Positions 42,911 through 51,994 of a stretch of 64,000 nt of DNA are shown one piece after another. The stretch comes from an uncultured bacterium (GTDB taxonomy: Bacteria; CAZDME01; JAYEMH01), in assembly GCA_964506075.1 (NCBI GenBank), contig CAZDKO010000004.1, positions 134-64,133 of the forward strand. Direction: 5' to 3'. Positions within the stretch are counted from its first letter, which is position 1. Each line of letters opens with the position of its first letter. The position numbers and the translations under genes are program-made. The notes below the pieces were generated by a model. It saw only the letters and a program-made list of their open reading frames with translations, was not told the DNA's origin and ran no database searches.

Positions 42911-44851
42911 TTATTTTAGGGATAAATGTTTTATAAGGTCCTTATAATAACAAAGAAAGATAACAATAATGGCTACCCAGAATACCGTCAAAGGATATGT
43001 AAAATCGTTAACCTTTAAAAAATCAGGAAAAATAACCTTAAGGTTAATAAAATTATCAAAACAGGGCACCAGGGGGTGCTGGTAACGGTAAAGGAGACCC
43101 GGGTGCCACATACTGTAACTGCTTATCAATATACCCGTCATGCCCAACAGGAGTGAGGTAAACCGGAAAGCACCGTTTTTAATTTTACATAAACTATAGC
43201 TGACCGGGAAAGCCAGAAGAGGAGCAACTGGCATCATATAACGAGTCGGAGGAGCCATCCCCCCTGTCCAACCCCTGAAAATGCCGGTTAAAATATAGTT
43301 AGCGAAAACAATCAACCACAGCCATAACCAGTCCCGGTTTTTATTCTTATCTTTAAACCATACAAATAAACCGGTAAGTGAAAGGATGTATATCGGAGAA
43401 TATAAAAAAAGACCCTGGTTCCGGTCCAACAAAAGACCGGGAAGACCGTATTTTAAACCATAGGTAAAAGACAGAAAGGGATGAGTGGTGACCGGATAAG
43501 CCGTCCCGAAAAGAAGATTATAATACCATGCCTGTAATATAAAGGATATAATCACCGGTAACATTAATATGGCGACTGGTCGGAACGAAAACTTTACCCT
43601 GGACATAAAATAAGCCATTAATATAATTGAAGTCAGGATAAAACGTTCGTGCAACCAGGGTAAAAATCCAATGACCAACCCGGCTAAAATAAACTTTAAG
43701 GATTCGCCTGCTTTAAGATTTCTTATTTGCCTGAAGGCAAAAATAATAAGTAACCCCGCGATAAGGTCAGGGAATATTTTATTACAATAGAATAAAACCG
43801 GGGCGGTAAAAGATAAAAATAACCAGGTTAATAAAGAATTGAATTTATCACCGGTCACTTCAAAACTTAAGGAGTATATGTTTAACGCTATTAAAGCCGT
43901 GCAGAGATTCAAAAATAACATCATCATAAACCTGATTCTTAAATTCCATTTGAATCCGGTAAAATAAGCCGGCCCTAAAATCAAAGGCAGTCCGACCCGA
44001 TGTACGGAATACTCTTTCCCCTCCCAGAATTTTTCCCGCGGGCTGAGTCTACCTTGAGTCAACTGGTTAAAATACTCAAAACCGGGAGCATGCCCGTCAA
44101 TCGGCCGTTTCTCAAAAGATTTCCAGTCTTCCCGCAACTTATTATTAAATAAATTAAAATCCCGGTCAAAGATTAAACTATGGGCTATTAAAAGATAATG
44201 GGGTTCGTCTCCGGTTAATAAATAATACTTGCGCGCGTCCCGGGGGTTCGGCGATATAATATGCAGGGTAAAAAACAGATAGGTTAAGAAAGAAATCGTG
44301 AAGACTAAACTTTTAACCCGTCTCTGACTCAACCGATTAATCAAACTTAAACATTTCTCCGATGATTTTCTATCCTGAATAATGGACTTTAAAAACCGGT
44401 ATTTTAAAGAAATAATTCCAAGGAACGAAGCTAAAATGAGAATACCCCCTACGGATTGCCCCAGAAAAATGCCGAAATTTCTTAACCATTCCGGCCCGGG
44501 GGAAAATTGAAGAAGGAAGAATAAAAGGAATAAAGTCGGCAGATAACTAGAAGCATCCTGCTTCAAGCTAAAAACAAATTTTACTTTGGCTGCACGGGAT
44601 ATTATAAAGGAATAAAACACCCAGAAAATCAAATAAGCAGAAATAATCAGAGCCACATATTTTAACAATAAAACCCCCGGGGGAAGAATCCATAAACTTA
44701 GAGGTTCAAAGTTGGAAAGCTGAAAATTAAAAAACTGAAAACTTCTAACCCATAAAAATATTCCTAAAACTGAACCGGATAAACATACGGTTATGATTGA
44801 AAATAAAATCCCTAGATGATTTTCTTTAGATAATATAGCCCTATCCCCCAT
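42911..44851 (-). CDS. Polytopic membrane protein, GT-C-like (GDEPHY motif)
   Basis: 646 aa with at least 12 TM helices. LLTGDEPHYLLIAHSLIFDRDFNL is an acidic loop motif after the early TMs, as in PMT_2/ArnT-type enzymes. Confidence 0.5.
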   Translation of the reverse strand: MGDRAILSKENHLGILFSIITVCLSGSVLGIFLWVRSFQFFNFQLSNFEPLSLWILPPGVLLLKYVALIISAYLIFWVFYSFIISRAAKVKFVFSLKQDASSYLPTLFLLFFLLQFSPGPEWLRNFGIFLGQSVGGILILASFLGIISLKYRFLKSIIQDRKSSEKCLSLINRLSQRRVKSLVFTISFLTYLFFTLHIISPNPRDARKYYLLTGDEPHYLLIAHSLIFDRDFNLFNNKLREDWKSFEKRPIDGHAPGFEYFNQLTQGRLSPREKFWEGKEYSVHRVGLPLILGPAYFTGFKWNLRIRFMMMLFLNLCTALIALNIYSLSFEVTGDKFNSLLTWLFLSFTAPVLFYCNKIFPDLIAGLLIIFAFRQIRNLKAGESLKFILAGLVIGFLPWLHERFILTSIILMAYFMSRVKFSFRPVAILMLPVIISFILQAWYYNLLFGTAYPVTTHPFLSFTYGLKYGLPGLLLDRNQGLFLYSPIYILSLTGLFVWFKDKNKNRDWLWLWLIVFANYILTGIFRGWTGGMAPPTRYMMPVAPLLAFPVSYSLCKIKNGAFRFTSLLLGMTGILISSYSMWHPGLLYRYQHPLVPCFDNFINLKVIFPDFLKVNDFTYPLTVFWVAIIVIFLCYYKDLIKHLSLK

Positions 44852-45351
44852 AATCCACCTAAACTATTAAACATGATATCCCGGAGATCCCAGAAACGAT
44901 AAGGTAAAAATAATTGAAAAAGTTCATCAAAAAAACCGATAGTAAGGACAAAAAGCCAGGCAAAGCCGACTCCGTAGGTTCCTTTTTTATTTTTAGTGAT
45001 TAAATCCCGGCTGGCAAACCAGCCCAGCAGGCCGAACTCCAGGATATGGATTCTTTCCTGCGGTAGTTTCATCTGCCAGGCTAAACCTAATCCGGTTATC
45101 AGTAATACCAGCAATAGCAGATTTTTCTTTAAACCCGGGGTATCCTTTAGAAAGAAAAAAAGAAAAGCCAGTCCGGCTAAAATAAGTATTAGCCCGATTA
45201 AAATAACAAACGTTTCTTCCCCGTAACAGCCTGTGAACCCCTCCATTAACTGCCGGGTAAAAAGAGAAGAAAAAATAATGAATAAACTGAAGAATATCGT
45301 TATTTTAGAAATTAGCTTAAAAAGGTGACAGGCTACTTTTCCGTTTCTCAT
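44812..45351 (-). CDS. VanZ-like family membrane protein
   Basis: 179 aa with 4 TM helices. FFDELFQLFLPYRFWDLRDIMFNSLGG is the VanZ signature. Its ATG shares one base with the RAYT stop (TAATG). Confidence 0.7.
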   Translation of the reverse strand: MRNGKVACHLFKLISKITIFFSLFIIFSSLFTRQLMEGFTGCYGEETFVILIGLILILAGLAFLFFFLKDTPGLKKNLLLLVLLITGLGLAWQMKLPQERIHILEFGLLGWFASRDLITKNKKGTYGVGFAWLFVLTIGFFDELFQLFLPYRFWDLRDIMFNSLGGLWGIGLYYLKKII

Positions 45352-46013
45352 TATGTTCCTTTTTTTGGCCTTCCTCTTGATCTAAGGGTAGATTCCAATC
45401 CCAGTTTTTTACTTACTTGCACTTGCCATCTTAATGTACCATAGGGAGATTGACGATGAACACTCTGACGAATGTTCTGTAATTCTTTCTCTGTTAGTGG
45501 TTCATCTACATATCTATTCCAATTTTGAGTCAGTTCTATGGGAGTTTTATCAACCAAGAAGGGCGACTTTTCACCAATAAGCTCTCTATGAGAAGACCAT
45601 ATCCACTCCTTAGCCGAACCAACCAAAGCAGCCCTCACTGGGTTAACCTCAACATATCTCATCACTGTCAGTAAATGATTGTCATTTTGTATAATAAAAC
45701 TCTTAAAACGTCCTTGCCAAATATGCCCACTAGATCCATAATGCCGATGATAACGGCGCACATGACTTGTCAGCAGCCATTGCATAGATTTGCTTAGTTC
45801 TTCAGCCTGAACAGGCATCACAACTAGATGAAAATGGTTTGGCATTAAACAATATGCAAAAATTTTTATGGCATACTGAGCTTTTGTTTTCACCATTAAA
45901 TCAATGAAAGCCTCATAATCCTGATCTTTATGAAAGACTACTTGCTTGCCATTTCCACGGTTAAGCACGTGATAAATAAAACCACTCCTTAAACCTCTTG
46001 TAATCCTTGGCAT
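45351..46013 (-). CDS. REP-associated tyrosine transposase (RAYT), IS200/IS605 TnpA-like HUH/Y1 enzyme
   Basis: 220 aa. YHVLNRGN, CLMPNHFHLVV (HUH) and RYVEVNPVRAALV (catalytic Tyr motif). The ORF is intact. The 663 bp contain no CCGG tetramer, although CCGG is very frequent in the flanking genes. Confidence 0.85.
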   Translation of the reverse strand: MPRITRGLRSGFIYHVLNRGNGKQVVFHKDQDYEAFIDLMVKTKAQYAIKIFAYCLMPNHFHLVVMPVQAEELSKSMQWLLTSHVRRYHRHYGSSGHIWQGRFKSFIIQNDNHLLTVMRYVEVNPVRAALVGSAKEWIWSSHRELIGEKSPFLVDKTPIELTQNWNRYVDEPLTEKELQNIRQSVHRQSPYGTLRWQVQVSKKLGLESTLRSRGRPKKGT

Positions 46014-46024
46014 GAGTTATCCCC

Positions 46025-47776
46025 CTAATTAAAAGTAGCCTGTCCCCTTTTTATTTGATAGATCCTGGCTTCGGGAAAATCTTTAATGAATTTTAAATCC
46101 TCGGTGTTATCGAGAATAGATAAAGCTTTATCATCATAGACATCCTTATGAACAATTAAATAATTTACGCCTAATTTACTTAAAACAGAAAAACTCTGAG
46201 GGTTTAAAATATCCAAAACTGTTTTTCTTATCTCCTCCCCTTTTGAACCGGCAGGAGCCCCGTTAATCATTTTTTTCTGATGGACCCTCTGATAAAAAAG
46301 ATACCGGTAATGATTTTCATTTATCCAGTCATATAAAGGATATTCAGCTATGACTATATCGGCTGGTTCTTCAGCCAACCAGCTATACACCGGCGGAACT
46401 TTACGAAAATCCACGTTGCGGAAAGGAGGGATAACCGTATATTCAAAAAGTATCAGCCCGGAAAAAACCAAAGATAAAAAAATCTGCTGAGATCTTTTTT
46501 TAATTCTTAAAATAATATTTCTTAAGCCGAAAGCAGCTAATACGGCTACAGAAAGTATAACCAGAATTCCTACCCGGGCATTAACTCTGAACATCGGGAA
46601 AAAACGATAAAGGAAAAAAGAAGGGGTCGGTATTTTTATTTTCCATAATTTAATGACTGGAGCCAGAGAAAAATAAAAAGAAAAAAACGCTGTTAAAAGA
46701 AAAAACGGAACGTAAAAATTCTCTCCGGGTTCAATTAACTTTTGCCGGTGATGCCCTATCCACCCCCATACCCCTACCACCGCTAAAAGTAAAGGCACTA
46801 TTCCCAGATAGAGTGTGGTTTCCGACCAATATCTTCTTCCTCCGGTAACTTTCTCTATTATTTTTTTAGTAAAGTTACCGAATAGCGGATGGTATTCACT
46901 GGGCAAAATGTAATCATAAGGTTTAGCTGCGTAACGGAAGAGGTCAGTATAGGGCTGAACGTATTTGATAAAACTCGTTGTTTGCTCCGAAGGAAGAATT
47001 ATGTTTTTTATCGTCTGGTAAGTCGAAGGCAGAAGCAATAAAACAACAATCAATAGCGTAAACATCACTATTTTAAAGTTTTCTAATCTTTTCTTGGAAC
47101 TAACTTCATATTTTCTGTTAAACAATTTATATATAATTTTAAACAAAAAGAAAGCGGCGGTAAATAAAACCATAAAATAGCCGTAATAGAAAGAGCTGAG
47201 CGTCAAAAGGACAAAACTCAAGGCTAAAAAAAGACCGTTCCGGTAAGATTTTCCCCCGGCAAATTTAAATAAAATAAGGATATAAAGAGGCATCCATTGA
47301 ATTGCCGCTAAACCAAAATGAGAAAAGGCCTTAAGTGAATGGTAGGGGCAAAAAGAAAAAATGATACCCGCCATCATACTTCCCAATTTTTCCCTGGTTA
47401 AATAAAAAACCAAGTAATAAGTTATAATGGCAGAAAGAATGAAACTGGCCAAGATAAAAAAATTGTAAGCGAAAAATTCATTTTGCCATAGGGAAAGAAA
47501 AAGCATTGGATAAGATAAACAAGGCTGGGTCACTTCCCCGCTCATATCTAAACCGGAAGGATAAGCGATTAAATGATTGAAAGTAACCGGATATTTATTT
47601 AACCAGGCGAATTTTGCCCACCAGATGCTGTAAAGAGACCCGAGGGAATCAAATGTCCAAGCCGGGTCACCGAAGATGCTGTGATTTATTTTTAACACAA
47701 GAGGATAAGTGATTATTAAGCTTAGCAAAATAAAAAAAGAGAAAATGATTATTTCTCCTTTTTTAAAATTAAACAT
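46025..47776 (-). CDS. Polytopic membrane protein, GT-C-like (same family as 40290-42221)
   Basis: 583 aa. LIITYPL...FGDPAW...YSIWW follows TM1. Multi-TM, with a C-terminal soluble domain ending in a GVNYLIVHKDVY region comparable to GIKYVIVHFKMI in 40290-42221. Confidence 0.5.
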   Translation of the reverse strand: MFNFKKGEIIIFSFFILLSLIITYPLVLKINHSIFGDPAWTFDSLGSLYSIWWAKFAWLNKYPVTFNHLIAYPSGLDMSGEVTQPCLSYPMLFLSLWQNEFFAYNFFILASFILSAIITYYLVFYLTREKLGSMMAGIIFSFCPYHSLKAFSHFGLAAIQWMPLYILILFKFAGGKSYRNGLFLALSFVLLTLSSFYYGYFMVLFTAAFFLFKIIYKLFNRKYEVSSKKRLENFKIVMFTLLIVVLLLLPSTYQTIKNIILPSEQTTSFIKYVQPYTDLFRYAAKPYDYILPSEYHPLFGNFTKKIIEKVTGGRRYWSETTLYLGIVPLLLAVVGVWGWIGHHRQKLIEPGENFYVPFFLLTAFFSFYFSLAPVIKLWKIKIPTPSFFLYRFFPMFRVNARVGILVILSVAVLAAFGLRNIILRIKKRSQQIFLSLVFSGLILFEYTVIPPFRNVDFRKVPPVYSWLAEEPADIVIAEYPLYDWINENHYRYLFYQRVHQKKMINGAPAGSKGEEIRKTVLDILNPQSFSVLSKLGVNYLIVHKDVYDDKALSILDNTEDLKFIKDFPEARIYQIKRGQATFN

Positions 47777-47802
47777 TCTATCCTCTCCTTTTATAAATTA
47801 AG

Positions 47803-48015
47803 TTATCCCTCTTTTCTTATAAGAATCCTGATAAAATTTATAATCACGCCTATAACTAAAAGAAAATAGGTTAAATTAGCCATCTGTTCGGCAAGTTGTT
47901 CTTTTTTCAAAAGAAGAAACCCGGCTGCGACAATAAAAAACAGAAGAGCTAATATGATAAAACCTGAGCCGGGGCTTTTTTTAACGTATTTAAAAAAATT
48001 AGCGAATAATTTCAT
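47803..48015 (-). CDS. Small two-TM membrane protein
   Basis: 70 aa with two hydrophobic helices, sitting in the operon between two large membrane-protein genes. No homology recognised. Confidence 0.4.
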   Translation of the reverse strand: MKLFANFFKYVKKSPGSGFIILALLFFIVAAGFLLLKKEQLAEQMANLTYFLLVIGVIINFIRILIRKEG

Positions 48016-48026
48016 CGTTGTTCTCC

Positions 48027-51000
48027 TTATTTACCTTTTTTAAGCCTGGTAACGTAAAATATATAACCGAACACACAGATTAAGAAGGTTAATATTGAAA
48101 TAAACATACCCGCATAAAAAAATGACTGGGGTAAGAAATAAAGCACCAGAGTAAAATCTTCCGGCAATCCCATTACTTTCGGATCAATGTACCAGCCGTT
48201 AGCATAGCCGTTAATCAGGAAATGCCTTCCTTCATTTATATCTTCGGTAAATAAAAACTTAATATCTCCGGGCGTAAATTTCATCGAAGGTTTAATTTCC
48301 TTCACCCCGTATTTCGGATATTCCGCCACAATCTCCTCAGTTTCTGTTCTCCCTGCCCGCCAAGCTTTTTGGCGGGCCTGCCTCGCCGACAGGCGGGTGT
48401 CATCCGTACTCTGCAGATATGCCTTCCACTGATTATGAAAAGTTTCACTGAAGATCAGCCAGAACGGTTCTTTCTCTTCAATGTTTATTATATATTTAGT
48501 CGGATTAACTTTCCTAAATTGAACTTGGGGACCTCTATAATTATCACTGGGTTGATAATTCGTTTTACCGGGAGTCTCCATCATTACCCAGTCTACCGTA
48601 AACTCATCATCATCAATCCAAGTAAACTTATGCTCTCCCTTATCCAGATGTATATTTTCCTTCAGCCACATATTCTCTTTAGCATCTTCCTTATCTTTAA
48701 TCTTTTTCTCAAGGTAATACTTTTTCCCGTCTATTCTGAAGACGGGTTTATGAAAAACAAAGTCCCCTGGAGCAACCAGAGAATGCGAATAAACTCTCAA
48801 TTGTTTAAAAGGAAAGGGAGATCTGTCATCCGAACGTAACTTTACTTGAATCAGATTAAACTCTTTACCTGCCGGATAGATATCCTTGGCCAGTTCGTAG
48901 ATATTGAGCGTCAATCTATCTTCATATTCCGGAAAAGTAAGATAATTAAAAAGTATATTTTTATCAACTTTATTATCTCCATCAAAATCCAAATCAAGCA
49001 TAAGTTCGACGCTATCTTTACTGTGCTCTTTGTCTTTATATCTTAATTCTAACATCGGAAATTCCTTAAGATTTATTTTATCAATTGACCTGGACAATTC
49101 TAAATATGCCCATGGTTTAACTTTAGCAAATTCTTCCCCATACGTTTTAAGCACATGCCCTTTATATATCTCTTTAGTTGTCCACTTTTCGATTTCCTCT
49201 TCTACCCTGAAATCTATGTTAAGAGCCTCCTGAAAAAACTCTAGATATTCCTCGGGATAGTAATTATAAAATTTGAATCCCTTAATCCAAAATTTATATT
49301 CTTTCTTTCTGTCCTTGCTGGTACAGTCCGTCCGCCATAATTTATGAGGATTAAGCTCTAAATGTAATAATTCATAATGCCTCTGGTCAGGAAAGTTTCT
49401 TTTAGCTTTGGTATAAAGGTCATAAGTAAAGTGAGCCCAACTCTGCGAAGCCCGATCTGGACATATTCCCCGGATATAACCGTCTATGTTTCCATCAGCG
49501 TCCAAATCTATTCCGGCTACCACCTCCATTGTTTGTATCCCCGGATCTTCAACCCTATACACTAAATCAAAATAAGGGAACTCTTTAAGATCGACTTTGA
49601 ATTTCCGCGTTTGTATATTGACAAATTCATCCTCCTTGCTATCTCCATCAAAATAAACAGATAAAACGAAAATTCCATCTTCATCGGTAGAATAATCATA
49701 AGTTACCCTTAAAGGACGCATAGTCCAATTTTTTAATTCTTCTTCTACGCCCAATTTTAATTCCGGACCCATTTTCTTCTTCCGAACAAAAGAAAAATGC
49801 GGCGTTACCATAGCCTTAAGAATATAATCGCCAGCCCTGGGAAGATAAAAGCTACCATCAACAGCTAAAATAGATTCCCCTTCAGTTTCAGGTTTATTTA
49901 TGAATTCCCATAATTCCTTGTTCTCTTCACCAACTACCTCCGTGAAATCATACCAGCGGGTGTTATAAAAACTTATACTCTGGGGATTTCCAGATATCTT
50001 TTTTCTCTCTGTTTTTTTCTCCGAATCATATCGCGGTTTTCCGTCTAAAAATATATTCAAGGCTGTTTTCTTTTTTTCTTCGTCTGAGACCGCTGGTCCT
50101 CTGGAAGCGTAAATATTTGGTAAGATTTTATCAACTTTATAAAAATCCCACTTACCAAAACTTCTATCCAGAGAAATATCTTTCTGAAACTTCAATCTCT
50201 CTTGAATAAACTGAGGGGAATCATTATCTCCTGACCAGTTATAAGTAAAATCGTTACGCTGAAGCAAATAGCGAACGTTTAAAATCTTTAACAGATTATC
50301 CAGACGGGGACTATAGTCTTTGTATAAACAGGTCTGGAAAAAATGATATAGATTATCCAGTGAACGAGGGGGCGCCATACCTTCTCCGTACTGCCTAAAA
50401 ACAATACCTTTATTGAAAAGTTTGACGGTTATATCTTCAGCACCGCCGTAGCCCCAATCATAGGCATTGGCTTTATCGTCCGGGAGGATAAGGATATTAA
50501 ACTGGGTCGACTGGTTGTTTATCCACTTTGCGGCTTCAAATAAATACGCGGGGTAATCCTGATGAAATCCCGGCAGAACCTGGCGTTCCTCTGTTGTCGG
50601 CAACATCCGGCCAAAGATAAACCCATAGTTATAGATTAAATAGATGCCGAATATAAGGACTATAGCGGTGACAAGTAAGAATCTGACGAAAGTCTTCAGG
50701 AACAATTTGCTGATTCTACTTTTTAAAAACTCGTAAATGTAACCGATGGTTATTCCCGCTAAAAATGCGTAACTAACCATCATAAGCAAGCCAAATTTCT
50801 GCCACGGCGCCCGATAAACCCAGAATCCAGGAATGTTTTTAAAAGCCCAGAGAAATAAATCTCCCAGCGGTTCATGTATCCCTTTACTGATAAAGGTTGC
50901 ACCGAGAGCCAGAAGGGTAAAAAATATTGTATAACGGTAGTTCCGTTCACGAACAATAACTGCAGCATAAGCCAAGATGGGAAATAAAAAACTCAAGATA

Positions 51001-51980
51001 ATTAAAAATGGATTGGTAAGGTATCTGGTAAAAAAAGGCAGATAAGGGACGTTCTTGTACCCGTCAAACCAGATATTGTCTCCGTAAAGTCTCATTACGT
51101 TAAGGAAGCTGTTTGTTCTGCCACTGGTTGCCTCCAGGAGTCCCCTCAGGTTAAAAATAGCATCCATGTTTTCAAAACTGCCTGAAGCATAATTGGATTG
51201 AACGGTAAAATTGGCAATTGGTAGTATCCAGAAGGCATTGATTAAAAAGAAAAAGATTAAAAATGCAATGAAAAAAACTATATTACTGAAAATCCTTCTC
51301 TCTTTAATCACGCCGGTTAATGAAAGAAGCAGGTGATAGATAAAATAAGCAGCTATGGCAATGAAAAAAACTCCTAAAACCGGCGGCTGCACTCCTATAC
51401 CTGAACCGAATAAAAAGAAGATCGCCAATATCATAAAACATTTGCTGAGAGGAACCTCCCCTTCCAGACTTTTAATCAGAAGTCCTAAAGAAACCGGGAT
51501 TAAAATGGCTCCCGATAGTTCTCCTATCCGGGCTATCATCCAGATGTGAAGCTGATAGAAATTAATCATATAAAATATCGTCGCTGAAACACGGATAATT
51601 TTATCTTTAACAGTATCCCCTTTAACCAGAAGAGACATCAGTATATACATAGAAATACCGGTCAGGGCAAACCAGAAAATAAAACTTAATTTCTGCACGT
51701 TAAGGAGATTAAACCCCAATAATTTGAAAAAAGCTTGGACGCCTATAAAAGCAAATCCGCCCGGTATATCCATGGAACGGTCGTTACCGGCCAGGTAGAG
51801 AGTTGACCAAGTGAACTTCCTCTCTATAAATCTCCGAATCGGTTCCAGCGGCGCATCGAAATCGACTCCGCCGATAAGAAGTCCGGGCGGGTTATACCAC
51901 AATAAGGGGATGGCGCTGAGAATAAAAATAGGTATCAGCTCAGCCAGTCTTAATCTTTTTATAAAAGGTTCCTTAATCAT
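48027..51980 (-). CDS. Giant polytopic membrane protein, AftD/DUF3367-like GT-C candidate, with large extracytoplasmic region and C-terminal TM anchor
   Basis: 1317 aa. The N-terminal ~460 aa are multi-TM (LLIGGVDFDAPLEP..., YQLHIWMIARIGELSG). The soluble region contains an internal duplication with DLDxDGxxD motifs. A C-terminal TM is present. Paralogue of 52888-55764. The family assignment rests on remembered architecture and is not a search result. Confidence 0.55.
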   Translation of the reverse strand: MIKEPFIKRLRLAELIPIFILSAIPLLWYNPPGLLIGGVDFDAPLEPIRRFIERKFTWSTLYLAGNDRSMDIPGGFAFIGVQAFFKLLGFNLLNVQKLSFIFWFALTGISMYILMSLLVKGDTVKDKIIRVSATIFYMINFYQLHIWMIARIGELSGAILIPVSLGLLIKSLEGEVPLSKCFMILAIFFLFGSGIGVQPPVLGVFFIAIAAYFIYHLLLSLTGVIKERRIFSNIVFFIAFLIFFFLINAFWILPIANFTVQSNYASGSFENMDAIFNLRGLLEATSGRTNSFLNVMRLYGDNIWFDGYKNVPYLPFFTRYLTNPFLIILSFLFPILAYAAVIVRERNYRYTIFFTLLALGATFISKGIHEPLGDLFLWAFKNIPGFWVYRAPWQKFGLLMMVSYAFLAGITIGYIYEFLKSRISKLFLKTFVRFLLVTAIVLIFGIYLIYNYGFIFGRMLPTTEERQVLPGFHQDYPAYLFEAAKWINNQSTQFNILILPDDKANAYDWGYGGAEDITVKLFNKGIVFRQYGEGMAPPRSLDNLYHFFQTCLYKDYSPRLDNLLKILNVRYLLQRNDFTYNWSGDNDSPQFIQERLKFQKDISLDRSFGKWDFYKVDKILPNIYASRGPAVSDEEKKKTALNIFLDGKPRYDSEKKTERKKISGNPQSISFYNTRWYDFTEVVGEENKELWEFINKPETEGESILAVDGSFYLPRAGDYILKAMVTPHFSFVRKKKMGPELKLGVEEELKNWTMRPLRVTYDYSTDEDGIFVLSVYFDGDSKEDEFVNIQTRKFKVDLKEFPYFDLVYRVEDPGIQTMEVVAGIDLDADGNIDGYIRGICPDRASQSWAHFTYDLYTKAKRNFPDQRHYELLHLELNPHKLWRTDCTSKDRKKEYKFWIKGFKFYNYYPEEYLEFFQEALNIDFRVEEEIEKWTTKEIYKGHVLKTYGEEFAKVKPWAYLELSRSIDKINLKEFPMLELRYKDKEHSKDSVELMLDLDFDGDNKVDKNILFNYLTFPEYEDRLTLNIYELAKDIYPAGKEFNLIQVKLRSDDRSPFPFKQLRVYSHSLVAPGDFVFHKPVFRIDGKKYYLEKKIKDKEDAKENMWLKENIHLDKGEHKFTWIDDDEFTVDWVMMETPGKTNYQPSDNYRGPQVQFRKVNPTKYIINIEEKEPFWLIFSETFHNQWKAYLQSTDDTRLSARQARQKAWRAGRTETEEIVAEYPKYGVKEIKPSMKFTPGDIKFLFTEDINEGRHFLINGYANGWYIDPKVMGLPEDFTLVLYFLPQSFFYAGMFISILTFLICVFGYIFYVTRLKKGK
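48352..48399. repeat. In-frame copy of the 48-nt GC-rich hairpin element inside the 1317-aa CDS
   Basis: CCTGCCCGCCAAGCTTTTTGGCGGGCCTGCCTCGCCGACAGGCGGGTG shares 43 of 48 nt with 37725-37772. The 9-bp stem pairs 48355-48363 with 48369-48377. It is translated as ...TRLSARQARQKAWRAG.... Confidence 0.85.
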
Positions 51981-51994
51981 TATTCCTCTTCTTT

